Origin: Podarcis cretensis
Lineage: Eukaryota
Reading direction: 5' to 3'
NCBI GenBank assembly: GCA_951804945.1
Contig: OX638151.1
Coordinates: forward strand, 32,550,001 to 32,614,000
Length of the DNA: 64,000 nt
Positions 1 through 10,730 of the stretch are shown one piece after another. The notes beneath the pieces were generated by a model that was not told the origin of the DNA, made no database searches, and worked only from the letters and a program-made list of their open reading frames with translations. Made by a program: the position numbers and the translations under genes. Positions within the stretch are counted from its first letter, which is position 1. Each line of letters opens with the position of its first letter.

Positions 1-478
1 TTTCACTGTCCTCAGCCTGGGGGAAACACTCTGTAGTGAAATCATTTTTCAACTCCTTATTAATGCTGAACTCATACACAATCTACTACTTAAGCTTAGT
101 ATAACTTTATTCTAAATATATTACTTGTCTAATTCCTGAGGAAAAATTGCTATGACAATGTAAAATTAATAATTCAATATTAGGCTTTCTTGAAAAAGGA
201 AAGTAACCTCACCCTTTTTTATTACTGATCTTCATCTTTCACTGCATGCTTTGTTATAACAAACAAACAAAAATCTTTAAAGGACAAATAATTGAAGGGC
301 TAAAAGGTATTTGATTCTTCCACTCCTTGGCACAAGATTCATTTGATACGGAACACTATCTATAGCCATAAAATACTTAGGTTTGCATTTTACTATTCAA
401 TTTTTAAAAATAAAATTCCTCTGTTCCAGTCACATTGGGGTGGGTGGGGGTTGTACCCTGCAAACAAAAGACAACTAC

Positions 479-545
479 CTCGAGATAATGGGTGACTTGC
501 TTCCATTCATTGCACTCGTTCTTTCCCAAGGCTTTCTTGTTAGTT
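479..545 (-). CDS. ENAH: ENAH exon 11 (67 bp)
   Basis: ELTRKPWERTSAMNGSKSPIISR; ctgcag acceptor, gtagtt donor; phase 1 to 2. Confidence 0.95.
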
Positions 546-1179
546 CTGCAGGAGATAAAAATCACTGGATGTTACTTACATACATTTGTTTACTGCTGTA
601 TAAAAGTCCTTCTCTGAGCTGTTAACAATAGTACTTTAAAAAGAGTAATCTTTATGAGCTAAGATGACTTGTACGGCTCCAATCACTTTGCGCCTGGCTG
701 TGTACCACAGATTTAAGCAGTGACACTGAAAAACTTGCTGTCTTATGTACTCCACCCATTTCCCAATAAACCATACTATATTTTACCCACAGCATGCCAA
801 GCCAACGCTTTCAGTAAGTGATACACTGTGACCTGAAAGTCTTCCCAGGCAGACAGAGACAATTTAGACCCCAGCCATTAGGGCATTTTGTTCCCATGTA
901 CAAATCATCCTGTGGGCCTCTCACTTCAGAGAGATTTTTTTTAAGCTCCTGCTAAGAATTTTGCAATGCTGAATCACTGGTTATCATCTACCTCACTGCC
1001 CTTTACCTATTTCCTTTCAATCAGTCCTTTAAAAGGAAATATATGCTATATTCCCCTTTTAAAAAAACTGGTTGAAAGGAAGAGTTTAAAAAAGGGAGCC
1101 CATATACAAGCCCCATTATGATAGGTTAAGATGGAAACGGTGGCTTCAATCCCGCCTGGTGTACACACAACACCTTGAA

Positions 1180-1316
1180 CAGGCACCCCCAAACTCAGCC
1201 CTCCAGATCTTTTGTGACTGCAACTCCCATCATCCCTAGCTAACAGGACCAGTGGTCAGGGATGATGGGAATTGTAGTCCCAAAAATATCTGGAGGGCCA
1301 AGTTTGGGGATGCCTG
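1180..1316. mobile_element. Palindromic hAT MITE
   Basis: TIR caggcacccccaaact / agtttggggatgcctg; perfect 8-bp TSD accttgaa. Degenerate relatives near 22720, 25530 and 53330. Confidence 0.9.
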
Positions 1317-1337
1317 ACCTTGAAGAACTCACAAGAG

Positions 1338-1483
1338 GTGGTGGGCTCTCCTTTTTTGGAGGTTTTTAAGCAGAGGTTCGATGGCCATCTGCCATGGATG
1401 CTTTAGCGGAGATTCCTGCATTGCAGGGGGTTAGAGTGGATGAGGCTTGAGGTTCCTTCCAACACTACGATTCTATTATTCTA
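1338..1483 (+). mobile_element. CR1 3' tail
   Basis: ggaggtttttaagcagagg...ccttccaacactacgattctattattcta; second copy at ~43455-43590. Confidence 0.75.
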
Positions 1484-1723
1484 GGAATTCAAACATTTCT
1501 ATCTTAAGAAATTCGTTGCATCCATATTTACAGTAAGCAACAGCATCCAATTAAAAGCTGCAGAGATTGCTATTTTGCTTGTCAAACTAGAAATCCGTTC
1601 TAGGTATAGAGCTTAAGTTGTTACTGACATACTTGATTTTGGAAAGTGAACCTTAAAAGCAAGGACAATGAATGCACAGAATTTGTGTCAGCTATGTGAA
1701 TGTCACAGTTTTGTACAACTTAC

Positions 1724-1772
1724 CAGGTGTGCTTGTTGAAGGAGGCTTTGAAGCTGAATGCTCTGGTTCTTC
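1724..1772 (-). CDS. ENAH: ENAH exon 10 (49 bp)
   Basis: EEPEHSASKPPSTSTP; aaatag acceptor, gtaagt donor; phase 0 to 1. Confidence 0.93.
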
Positions 1773-1942
1773 CTATTTAAATTAGATGAAAAATACAATC
1801 AACCTGCAAGTCTAGTCAAAATTTCCAGAAGTGAGGTGACATAATCAGATGGAACATTTAAAGTTATTGGGGTTTTTTAGCAGATATGAAGCACCGAAGC
1901 AGTTTTCCCCATTAAGGCAAGTTAATCTCAAAAATTTAAATA

Positions 1943-2252
1943 CAGGTAGTTTGCATCTTATGTGAGGGTTTGGTTCTGAGGGTCCATGTATAAACACAAA
2001 AACGTGTGAAATCAGAAACCCCTGGAACCCCCACTCTGCAAGGTGGAGTGCTGCTTACCCAGGTGTGGGAAGGTGGCCTAAGAGCTCTGGCAGGGTCTCA
2101 GAGCCCTTCTGCTGCCTTCTCAAAGCCCAGCAAGAAAGGCAGGAGGTGCAAGTGCTCTGAGATGCTGCCAGGTAAGCCCACAATTGCAGCTGTGTGGTGC
2201 GTGCAAAGCTGTGATCACGTAAATAAAATAAGCATAAGGTGTGAGTTACCTG
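1943..2252. mobile_element. Old Tigger-like MITE
   Basis: TA|caggtagtttgcatcttat...ataaggtgtgagttacctg|TA, imperfect TIR. Confidence 0.6.
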
Positions 2253-2306
2253 TAATTTGGTTATATGGTATGTTGCATATTGTGCCAGATTAATTTGTCA
2301 ACTTAC

Positions 2307-2361
2307 ATTTTTTTCTTCCTTTGTTTCTGCTTCTGATGACCCCTTCTCAGCAATTCGTCTC
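2307..2361 (-). CDS. ENAH: ENAH exon 9 (55 bp)
   Basis: RRIAEKGSSEAETKEEKN; ttgaag acceptor, gtaagt donor; phase 2 to 0. Confidence 0.94.
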
Positions 2362-2674
2362 CTTCAAGCAGGGACAAAAAGTGAACTCAGTTACTCCTTA
2401 CTCAACACTGCTTGCCAATGTATGGCTTTGCTATCACTCCTCGGCAGCTTGTGAAAATTGTTCTCATTGAAACAAATGACACTCAACATGCAAAAATGTA
2501 AGTGTGCACACTGAAAATGTGCTCACATCATAGGTGCATCATACAGTACGCATACCAAGAATCTGAGATGTTTATAGCTCTTTGCCATTTGCTCCCATGA
2601 TGGGAAAAACACACCTGCCAAACCTGTACAGTGAGAATTATATTAAAGATGTAAAAATTAAACTATCATCTTAC

Positions 2675-2808
2675 CTTCTTGCCAGCAGGGCACTCATTTC
2701 TTCCATTAAGCCACTTCCTCCAAGCGGGAGCGGCCCATTCCCACGGCCAGTATCTGTTTTGGGCGAAGCAGAGCTTGCTCCTCCACTGGTATTAGGAGAA
2801 TCTTCATT
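2675..2808 (-). CDS. ENAH: ENAH exon 8 (134 bp), EVH2 F-actin-binding block
   Basis: NEDSPNTSGGASSASPKTDTGRGNGPLPLGGSGLMEEMSALLARR; ttttag acceptor, gtaaga donor. Confidence 0.97.
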
Positions 2809-3114
2809 CTAAAATTGACAAGGCCCAAGAGTAAAGACATGGAAATTATATTGTTAGAATGAGGAGTCAGATTTTATAGATGGCAACAAAGGTCTGAAAT
2901 AGTCTGGGGAAAGTTTGAAGTATTTTAATAATTACCAGTAGGTCGCTTAATTTGACTAAGCGAAAGCCTAGCCATACCCCAGGGCTGAGGAGCCTCCAAG
3001 ATGTGCTCGTTTTGTTTATTTGCGGAAGCAGTAGAAGCACAGCAGCAACCTGTCCACCTATCAAATTTGACCTGCAAGGCCAATACTGGGTTACATCTGA
3101 ACAGTATCCCATTA

Positions 3115-3354
3115 CAGTCGTACCTTGGATCCCAAACACCTTGGTACTTGGATGTTTTGGCTCCCGAACGCTGCAACCTGGAAGTGAGTGTTCCGGTTTG
3201 CGAACGTTCTTTGGAACCCGAACGTCCGATGGGGCTTCTGCGGCTTCCAATTGGCTGCAAGAGCTTCCTGCAGCCAATCAGAAGCCACGCTTTGGTTTCC
3301 GAACATTTTGGAAGTCGAACGGACTTCCGAACAACAACTTCCAAGGTACTGCTG
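3115..3354. mobile_element. Tc1/mariner-Tigger MITE, family A
   Basis: TA|cagtcgtaccttgg...ccaaggtactgctg|TA. Confidence 0.85.
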
Positions 3355-3495
3355 TATAGTTAATTCTAATAAAGTTAGATATAGGCATTTTAGAGACATT
3401 GTTGATCGCTATTCTAGCCATTCGTTATGAACAGTCTGAGCAGATGAAGACCTTAATTCGAAAGTTAAAATTAAAATGTCTGGAACTGTGCTTAC

Positions 3496-3788
3496 CCGCG
3501 ATACTTTTCTGAGTTTGGCTCCAGCAAGAGCAGCTGCTAGTCCTGTTAAAGGACGGTGGTCTTCATACATCGATCCCATGGAAAAACCCGCAGGAGGCAG
3601 AGGAGGGGCCGGAGGTGGGGGAGGAACCTGGTTAGGAAGGGGGGGAGGTGGTGGGGGAGGCGGCCCCGATGGTGGAAGAGGGGGAGGAGGAGGAGGTCCA
3701 GGGGGAGGGGGGATTGCTGGTGGTGACTGGACAGGGCCAGGTGGGAGAGGCGGTGGGGGTGGGGGAGCAGGTGGTCCTTGGATAACAC
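3496..3788 (-). CDS. ENAH: ENAH exon 7 (293 bp), polyproline region and EVH2 G-actin-binding block
   Basis: GVIQGPPAPPPPPPLPPGP...PLTGLAAALAGAKLRKVSR; aattag acceptor, gtaagc donor; phase 1 to 0. Confidence 0.97.
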
Positions 3789-4152
3789 CTAATTAAAAAC
3801 ACACACACAAAAACCAAACAAAAATTGTGACAAAAAGGGAAGACTGTCAGGAAACCAATTCTATACTACATTAAGGAAAAAAAACCTGCATGGTCCCCAT
3901 GCTGGTTTCAATATCAAAGAAAAATATTCCTTCATTCTAATAGGCACACATAAATAGTAATGAACAGACAATTCAGCTTGAAATAAAACTACCCTCAAAA
4001 CTTCTTAAGAGGAAACAGAGATGCCACAAACAAAATTCATGTGAATGTTTTGAGGGACCTGATACTGAGCGGCCTTTGCACAACCTTATCAAAAAACAAA
4101 ACAGACCCCTACCTTAAAGACAGAGGTAAAACATGATGTAGACAAGAAAAAT

Positions 4153-5125
4153 ATATGCATAGAAGCCCAGTGACATAGGAAGAGCCTGCTGGATCAGATC
4201 AAGGACACATTTAGTCCAGGATTCTGTTCACATGGTGGCCAAATGCGTATGGGAAGCGCATAAGCAGGACAGGAACACAACAGTACTCTCCTGCTCATGA
4301 TTCCCAATAACGGGTATTGAGAGCATATAGCCCTTGATGCTAGTAGTCATTGATAGCTTTATCCTCCATGAATGTATCGAACCCTACTTTAAAGCTGTGC
4401 AAGTTGGTGTCTATTACTACACCGTGTGGTACCAAATGCCATAGTTTAACTATGCACTGCATCAGGAGTGAGGAATTGGATTCAGCTGGTGGGCCAAATG
4501 CTGGGTTCTCTCACCCTCCAAGGGTGACTCCGACCTGTCAATAATCAGACAGCACTATGATACCAGGTGACCCATTTACCTCTGTATTCAAGCCCAGACA
4601 AGGGCTGCTTGAAGTTACCAATCAGCTGGTCAACTCTGGCTGGAATCTGCTGGCTAGTGAGTTCCCCATGAGTAAATTCATAGTGCAGCCAACTCCAATT
4701 GGTTTGCTCTCACCAGCAATCTGCTGATCAGTAGTGACAGGGGGAGTCTCCCTTGGCAGTGCACTTTAAGATTCCCCAGGTGTGCACTGGCAGGCACTGG
4801 CAGATGATGTCAGATGTGAGAAAGATGGGTGTGGTTTGCTGGGGAGACAGCAATGAGGGGGAAACTGTGAGCTGTACTAGGAAGTTTCCCATGCCTAAAC
4901 TAGGTGAACGAGTAATTCATTTTGTATGTCTTTAATCTCCCAGGGTTCACCTTCACTGGATGATCTCGGGTTCTAGAACTAAAAGAGCAAGAAAAACTTG
5001 TCTATTCCCTTTTGTACACCTCCATTATGCCTACCCCCTTTTCACCAACTAAAAAGCTCTAAGCTGCTCCATCACCTTCATAATTTTGCCCACATTCTGC
5101 ACCTTTTCCAGTTCTACTACATTTC
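4153..5125 (-). mobile_element. CR1 3' fragment interrupted by an unrelated insertion (~4465-4905)
   Basis: acataggaagagcctgctggatcag 3' end; the later part resembles the 44385 CR1. Confidence 0.6.
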
Positions 5126-6166
5126 TTCTTTATTTGTATTTATTGAATTTATATACTGCCCTTCATCTGAAGACCACAGGGTGGTTTACAACATAAAAAC
5201 ACAAAATACATAATATAAGAAAAATACCCTCCATTCAAGGTGATGTTCACAATATCAATAATGTGTCTATCCCCACTATAAGTCTAAAGAACACAGGCCT
5301 AAATTCCACCAATTTAAGTAAACCTAAGACAAGATACCTTATACATTTGCACCTCATGCCTGTGCTTATTTCCAGAAATATTAATACAGCATACATTAGT
5401 GAGTTAGAAGACTTTTAAATGTTGATGGAATGAGTAGTTTTGCCCCACTGCCTGGATGAAAAATAAGATTAGATTTTTTTAAAGAAAAAATCCCTAACGA
5501 AGGGTGGTCCACAATTACAGAAGTAAATTTACTATGAAATGCAAGTTGATTTTCATCTGTCCTTGCAGTGGTGGAACACCTCAAATCAATAAAGGGTTGC
5601 CTGCTCCTGAGTTGTGAGTTATTTAGAGTAACAGACTCTTTAAAATGTTTAGCCCAGACTGAGGGAAACATTAAAAGGATCAATTCATCTTGTTATAAAC
5701 CATATTTGTATCACATTAAGTAACTACCTTTGGGTTCCTCAGAAATTTCAGCTACATTTTAAATCAATGCAACACCTGCAATTTAAAAACTATTTTGGAT
5801 ACACAAACAAACCAAATTAAAGTATGTGTAAATGGATGTATTAAATCTTACTAATTATGCTTTCCGTATACTTTTTGTGAATAATACTGAACTGAGAAAA
5901 ACCCAATTCACAGCCAACATTCTTCATTTAATGTCCAATGATTAAAAAAGCAAGAAACCACCTAGCAAAACTCTTTCAACGGACTTCCAGAAATGAAAAA
6001 ACAAAAACAGAATACACGATTTAAATTTGACTGAAAAAACGTATCTCCGCTCTTCAAAGTTTCACAATTCCTCACGACATTCTGCTGAACTTTTGCTGAG
6101 GGTATTAAGATCACTGCAGCTTTTCAACATGCTAATTCTTCAGGATAAATCAAGTTTCAGGTGCAA

Positions 6167-6202
6167 ATTAGTTTTGAGTGCATTCCTGATTAGTTAATTA
6201 GT
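6167..6202 (-). promoter_or_regulatory. Cluster of three ACTAAT (QKI-type) motifs downstream of the exon 6 donor
   Basis: Plus-strand attagt at 6167-6172, 6189-6194 and 6197-6202. Confidence 0.55.
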
Positions 6203-6222
6203 AGCAGTAACGGAAACCTTAC

Positions 6223-6336
6223 CCTGCTGGGACGGAGGAGGTTCAGTCGGCTGAGAGGCTGTCTGCAAGACTGGCTCAGAAGCAGAGGAGTCTCCCAGCA
6301 CAGAGTTTAGAGAGTTCTCAACAGAGGCAGGGGGAG
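6223..6336 (-). CDS. ENAH: ENAH exon 6 short form (114 bp) via internal acceptor
   Basis: ttctcccttctccctctgcag|CTCCCCCTGCC gives APPASVENSLNSVLGDSSASEPVLQTASQPTEPPPSQQ; same donor as the long form. Confidence 0.92.
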
Positions 6337-6987
6337 CTGCAGAGGGAGAAGGGAGAACACTAGGCTTGGATGAGGGAGTCGAGGCATATGGGGAACTTGG
6401 AGAGGAAGCTTGAGGTCCAGAGAGCGAGAGAGGCTGAAAGGAAGGTGGCGGCGTTGGACCAGAGGTAGGTGGCGAAGGTGCTGGATAATTTGCCAGTTCT
6501 GGAAGACCATTGGGTGCAGTAGGGGATGGGGACAACTGGGAGAGTTGAGCGGTTACTGGAATGGGGAGAACAGGCTTTGGGCCAGTGGCTTTGCCTGGGG
6601 GGCTGCTAATCATTACAGGAGGAGAAGGGGGAAGAGGTGCAAAACTAGAAGCAGACCAAGTAGTGGACTTGGTACTAGGGGGCAAAGGGGCTGGGGGGTT
6701 CACGGGTGAAGGTGGCCGAGAATTTTTGTTTACTTGACGAGGAACTGTGGCGTAATGCGGAAGGACGGGGTGAAAGGCAGAGCCCAAAGATGTAGCAAAA
6801 CGTGACGCAGAGTGCCTTAGTGGTGGTGTAGGGGGAGAGGAAACCGATTGTGCAGAAGTCACATTAGCATAATCCGGAGTAGAGTCTGACATTGCTTTAG
6901 CATATGAAGGAGGTGGTGCCGAAGGAGGCTGGCAACTGGAGTATTCAGGAAGTGAAGTACTATACGGGGAGTTGTCGTAAGATGGAG
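6223..6987 (-). CDS. ENAH: ENAH exon 6 long form (765 bp) including the Pro-rich 'Mena+' extension
   Basis: tgtccag|CTCCATC acceptor; APSYDNSPYSTSLPEYSSCQPPSAPPPSYAK...RFATSLGSAFHPVLPHYATVPR...SQQ resembles the recalled mouse Mena+ insert; gtaagg donor; symmetric phase 1. Confidence 0.9.
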
Positions 6988-7417
6988 CTGGACAGAAGAT
7001 GGAAAGCAGCAGCAAAGGCAGGATAAAAGAGGAGAGAGAGAAAAAGGGAGCTAATGAAGCAACAAAACCAGCATTCAAACAAAATGTATAAATGTAGACT
7101 ATAGTTAGTACCAGAGGATTAGGCACAAGTAAATTACTGTTAGGAGAATTTATACACTCTCAACAGATGCTTCCAATTTTGCCATATATATTTGTGCCAA
7201 CATTTGAATTTACAAGCACATTCTGGAAACGCAAAAACAACAACAATGCCCAAACCCCTCCACTACACAGTAAGTTCTCAAAGGTAATCAGCAAAATCAA
7301 TTGGTTGGAATCAAGTGAAGTGATCTTAAGATTTTTTTTTTAAAATACTACTGAATGACAATTTCAGCATATGAACAGTGCAATCCAGTGCATTTTCTGC
7401 TCAGATGTAGGCACCAT

Positions 7418-7755
7418 TGCCATGGCGTAGGTATCATTTTAAATCATAGTTAAAGTTAAACTATGATTTAATGTGAACAAACAGTGTGCTGTTGCACAGG
7501 CCTTGAAAGTCCCTGCTGTACTCCTCCCCAACACCTTCAACAAACCCGAGGCTGGTTTCACATTACATGTGAATCGAGACTAGCAGCCTGAGCAAAAGAC
7601 AAAATTTCTTCTTGGCTTACCACTCATGGTTTGTTGAGAGAGAATCAACTCACAGGCATGGGATAGCATGCAACATACAGCCAGCCACCCTGCTCGTTCA
7701 CATTAAAGCATAGTTTAAGTTTAACAATGATTTAAAATGGTATCTGAACCAGGCC
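7418..7755. mobile_element. MITE with ~58-bp TIRs (PIF/Harbinger-like)
   Basis: cattttaaatcatagttaaagttaaactatgatttaatgtgaac is inverted at ~7696-7755; it splits a short palindromic repeat that is intact near 34795-34880. Confidence 0.65.
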
Positions 7756-9967
7756 ACAGAGTTCAGCAAGACTTGCTCCCAGGTAAGTGAGAACAGGATT
7801 GCAGTTGAAAGCTCACACTTCATCAACAGTAAGTAGAAACTATGCCCCAAAAGTAAGAACTGCATGTGAAACATGAGAAATTAGAAAATTCTTCCTCAAA
7901 AGTGACTGGCTTATACAAATTTCCACTTTACAGATCGTTCATTCTTCAAGCAAATCTTTTATTAATTAGAAACAGGAAATACAGTAGAAAAAGTAGCTGA
8001 GAATTCAGGATTGCAAATAGCCATTTGCCTGCTTGCCTTTGTCAAGCAAGAACTGCCTCCTGTTTACAAGGCAAGGCAGAATCTAGCTTCAGGACATTGG
8101 AAGAGAAATCAGTTCTTCTAGAGTGCTGATGTGCCACTTGCGGCTATCAAAAATATTTGCAGGCATACTAGTAAAAAATGTGGGCTAATAATTTTTGTGG
8201 ACTTATGAGCAAATCTACACAAACCAAGTCTATGTTTATTACACCGAGAAACAAAATATTTTACACAGCTACAGGCATTGCCTGCATATGCTATTACACT
8301 AGCTTCATTCAGACGAGAACAAATGCAGGAGAGGAGATCAGAAGCTTCCTTTTCCATTTTTGTATTAAGTGCATTTCAGTGTCTCATCTGAAGCCTAAAC
8401 TGTAATTAAGATTAACTAAAGTTAGCCAAAACCAACCAGCTTCACGAACTATAGTTTATGAAGTTGGCTTGTTGCTACTAACCATAGTTCCTCCAGGTTC
8501 AGACAACATGGCAAGCTTCTGAATTCCTCTCACATTTACACTGTAGAAGAAAAGCGCTCATTCCCAGGGAAAGCTGGGCTACTGTTAATGTTATGTCCAA
8601 ACAAGAACATTGTGCTGTAATGAACTTGCATCCATTCCTGAAGTTCTAGGTTTTATACTCAAGAGTGATGCACATTTCCTGAGTCATTTGGCCTCAACAA
8701 AACACACACACACCGGCATGCACTCCTGTTCAGCAATGAAGCAAGTCCTATGCTGTAGATTTATACACAAGTCTCTGAGGCATGTAGCCTTGGAAGAATA
8801 TAAAAAGAATAATGTCACATTCCCCAAAAAGAGATGACCCAACTTTCTGATCACGTAAAACAAAAAAATATTCACAGTCAGGCATCCTAAGCATTCTGTG
8901 CTACTCTATCATAGCAAGGACTATTGGCTGGGTCATATTTTATTGGATCTGTTGCACCAATGGTCAGTTTATATCTCCTATTTTATTGGTTGGTCTTTGG
9001 AAACAAACTAAGATTATGAAAGTTTTTCTCAAGTTAACCATTTATCAATGTAGTCAACTACAACTACAACAACAACGAAAACCATAGCTCTGCGTTCAAA
9101 GAAGAACTAACCAAAGAATACAGATCCATCTTTGATCCAAGTAATTTTGTATAGTGACGCATCTAAAATACTATCCATACAACTTGCTAAAAGACTCTTG
9201 CAAGACTCTTTGCATGAGGTCTGCCTACTGACATTAAACTCTCATGCCAAACATTCAATTACGCAGACAACTGACGGACGTCAATGTCAAAGTTTCCTCT
9301 CAATAACCAAGTTTGGCTGGTAAAACTGCCAGAGAACTTGGCCATCAAATCCCTAGTGTGCTTATGGTTGGAGCCACACTGAGAGAACGAACACTGCCCA
9401 ATATAAGCAGCATTTCTCAAGCACAACACGCCTCTCACCCAAGTCCTGAAAGGTAAGGGACATACAGGGCCCAAGCTGCAGGTGGAAGGCAACTGCCTAA
9501 GGTTACAGGACAGGATAGAGGAGGCTAAGGCGGAGAGGAAAGGGAGGACAACAAGAGGGCAAGAACAGAAACAGAGCCCAGGATAAGAGGAGGATTTAAA
9601 GTTCTGGCAATGGGATTAGCATTAAGGGACAGGGATACTGAGTTGTGAGAATCTGTAGTTCTCTTAGCACAGAACTCTAGGCTTCCTTCTTAAGTGATCA
9701 ATGCAGGATTTCTTTCCTAACTGATGTTATATAAACTGCGTCTTAAGATTAACAGAAAAAAGAAAGAAGGCACTTAAATGAAAGCTCAAAAACACCATCC
9801 TACACATATACTATTTGAGAAATACAGAAAGTTTGGTTGCTGGCAATAAGGTTCCGATTTTAGGAAGTTAGTTTACAGGAAAACGGGAAATAAGCCATTT
9901 TAATACATGATTACTTTGATCAATTTCATCACGTTAACAGTTCAAAACAACACACTGCGATTCTTAC

Positions 9968-10323
9968 CAGCGCTTGACAGTTTTCTTTCTCTTTCCCATT
10001 CCAGCTGCTCTCTTTCCAGTTGGTCCTGGTGCTCCCTTTCTTGCCTTTCCCATTCTGCTCTCTCCTTCTCCTGCCTTTCCCGCTCTTGCCTCTCTCTCTC
10101 CAGGCGCTCCTGCCGGTCTCGCTCCTGCCGCTCCCTCTCCAGCCGCTCCCTCTCCAGGTGCTCCTGTTCTAGCCGCTCTCGTTCCAGCCTCTCCTTCTCC
10201 AGCCTCTCACGCTCCAGTCTCTCTCGTTCTAGTCTTTCCCTCTCCAGCCTCTCGCGCTCCAGCCTGTCGCGTTCCAGCCGCTCCCTTTCCAACTCCTTTT
10301 GCCGTTGCTGCTCCTGCAGCTGC
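9968..10323 (-). CDS. ENAH: ENAH exon 5 (356 bp), LERER repeat
   Basis: [29 protein letters not shown]...[14 protein letters not shown]; ttgcag acceptor, gtaaga donor; phase 2 to 1. The LERER repeat is diagnostic of Mena versus VASP/EVL. Confidence 0.97.
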
Positions 10324-10500
10324 CTGCAACAGAGGAAAACGGGGGAGTGTTAAAACGGGGAGTGTTAAAATGAAGAGCCAAAACCAGATTAAAGGCCACC
10401 TGGCTACGAAAACATACACAGCGAGCCAGTGTGTGAGATAATAATCAGTGTTGGAAACTCAAAATATATAAGCTAGACACCAAATAGTTCCTTAAACCAA

Positions 10501-10730
10501 GGTTAAAGTAAAGGTAAAGGACCCCTGACAGTTAAGTCCAGTCGCGAACTACTCTGAGGTTGCTGTGCTCATCTTGCTTTACAGGGCAAGGGAGCTGGCG
10601 TTTGTCCGCAGACAGTTTTTCTAGGTCATGTGGCCAGCATGACTAAGCCGCTTCTGGTGCAACAGAACACCGAAACCAGAGCAGTGCACGGAAACGCCAT
10701 TTACCTTCCCGCAAGAGCGGTACCTACTTG
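10501..10730 (-). mobile_element. Sauria SINE, 5'-truncated
   Basis: aaaggtaaagg tail and body matching the other copies. Confidence 0.85.

Noticed and set aside
2867-3430. Dense overlapping ORFs, similar to those at ~14630-15300 and ~39145-39547
   Set aside because: They result from a stop-poor non-coding MITE family
3476-3796. Gly-rich plus-strand ORF
   Set aside because: Antisense shadow of the polyproline exon 7
6194-7126. 310-aa ORF as a standalone gene with a signal or TM segment
   Set aside because: It is the ENAH exon 6 long form read through its intronic polypyrimidine tract, and it has no ATG at the annotated start
9907-10441. Ser/Arg-rich and Pro/Ala-rich plus-strand ORFs
   Set aside because: Antisense shadows of the LERER exon
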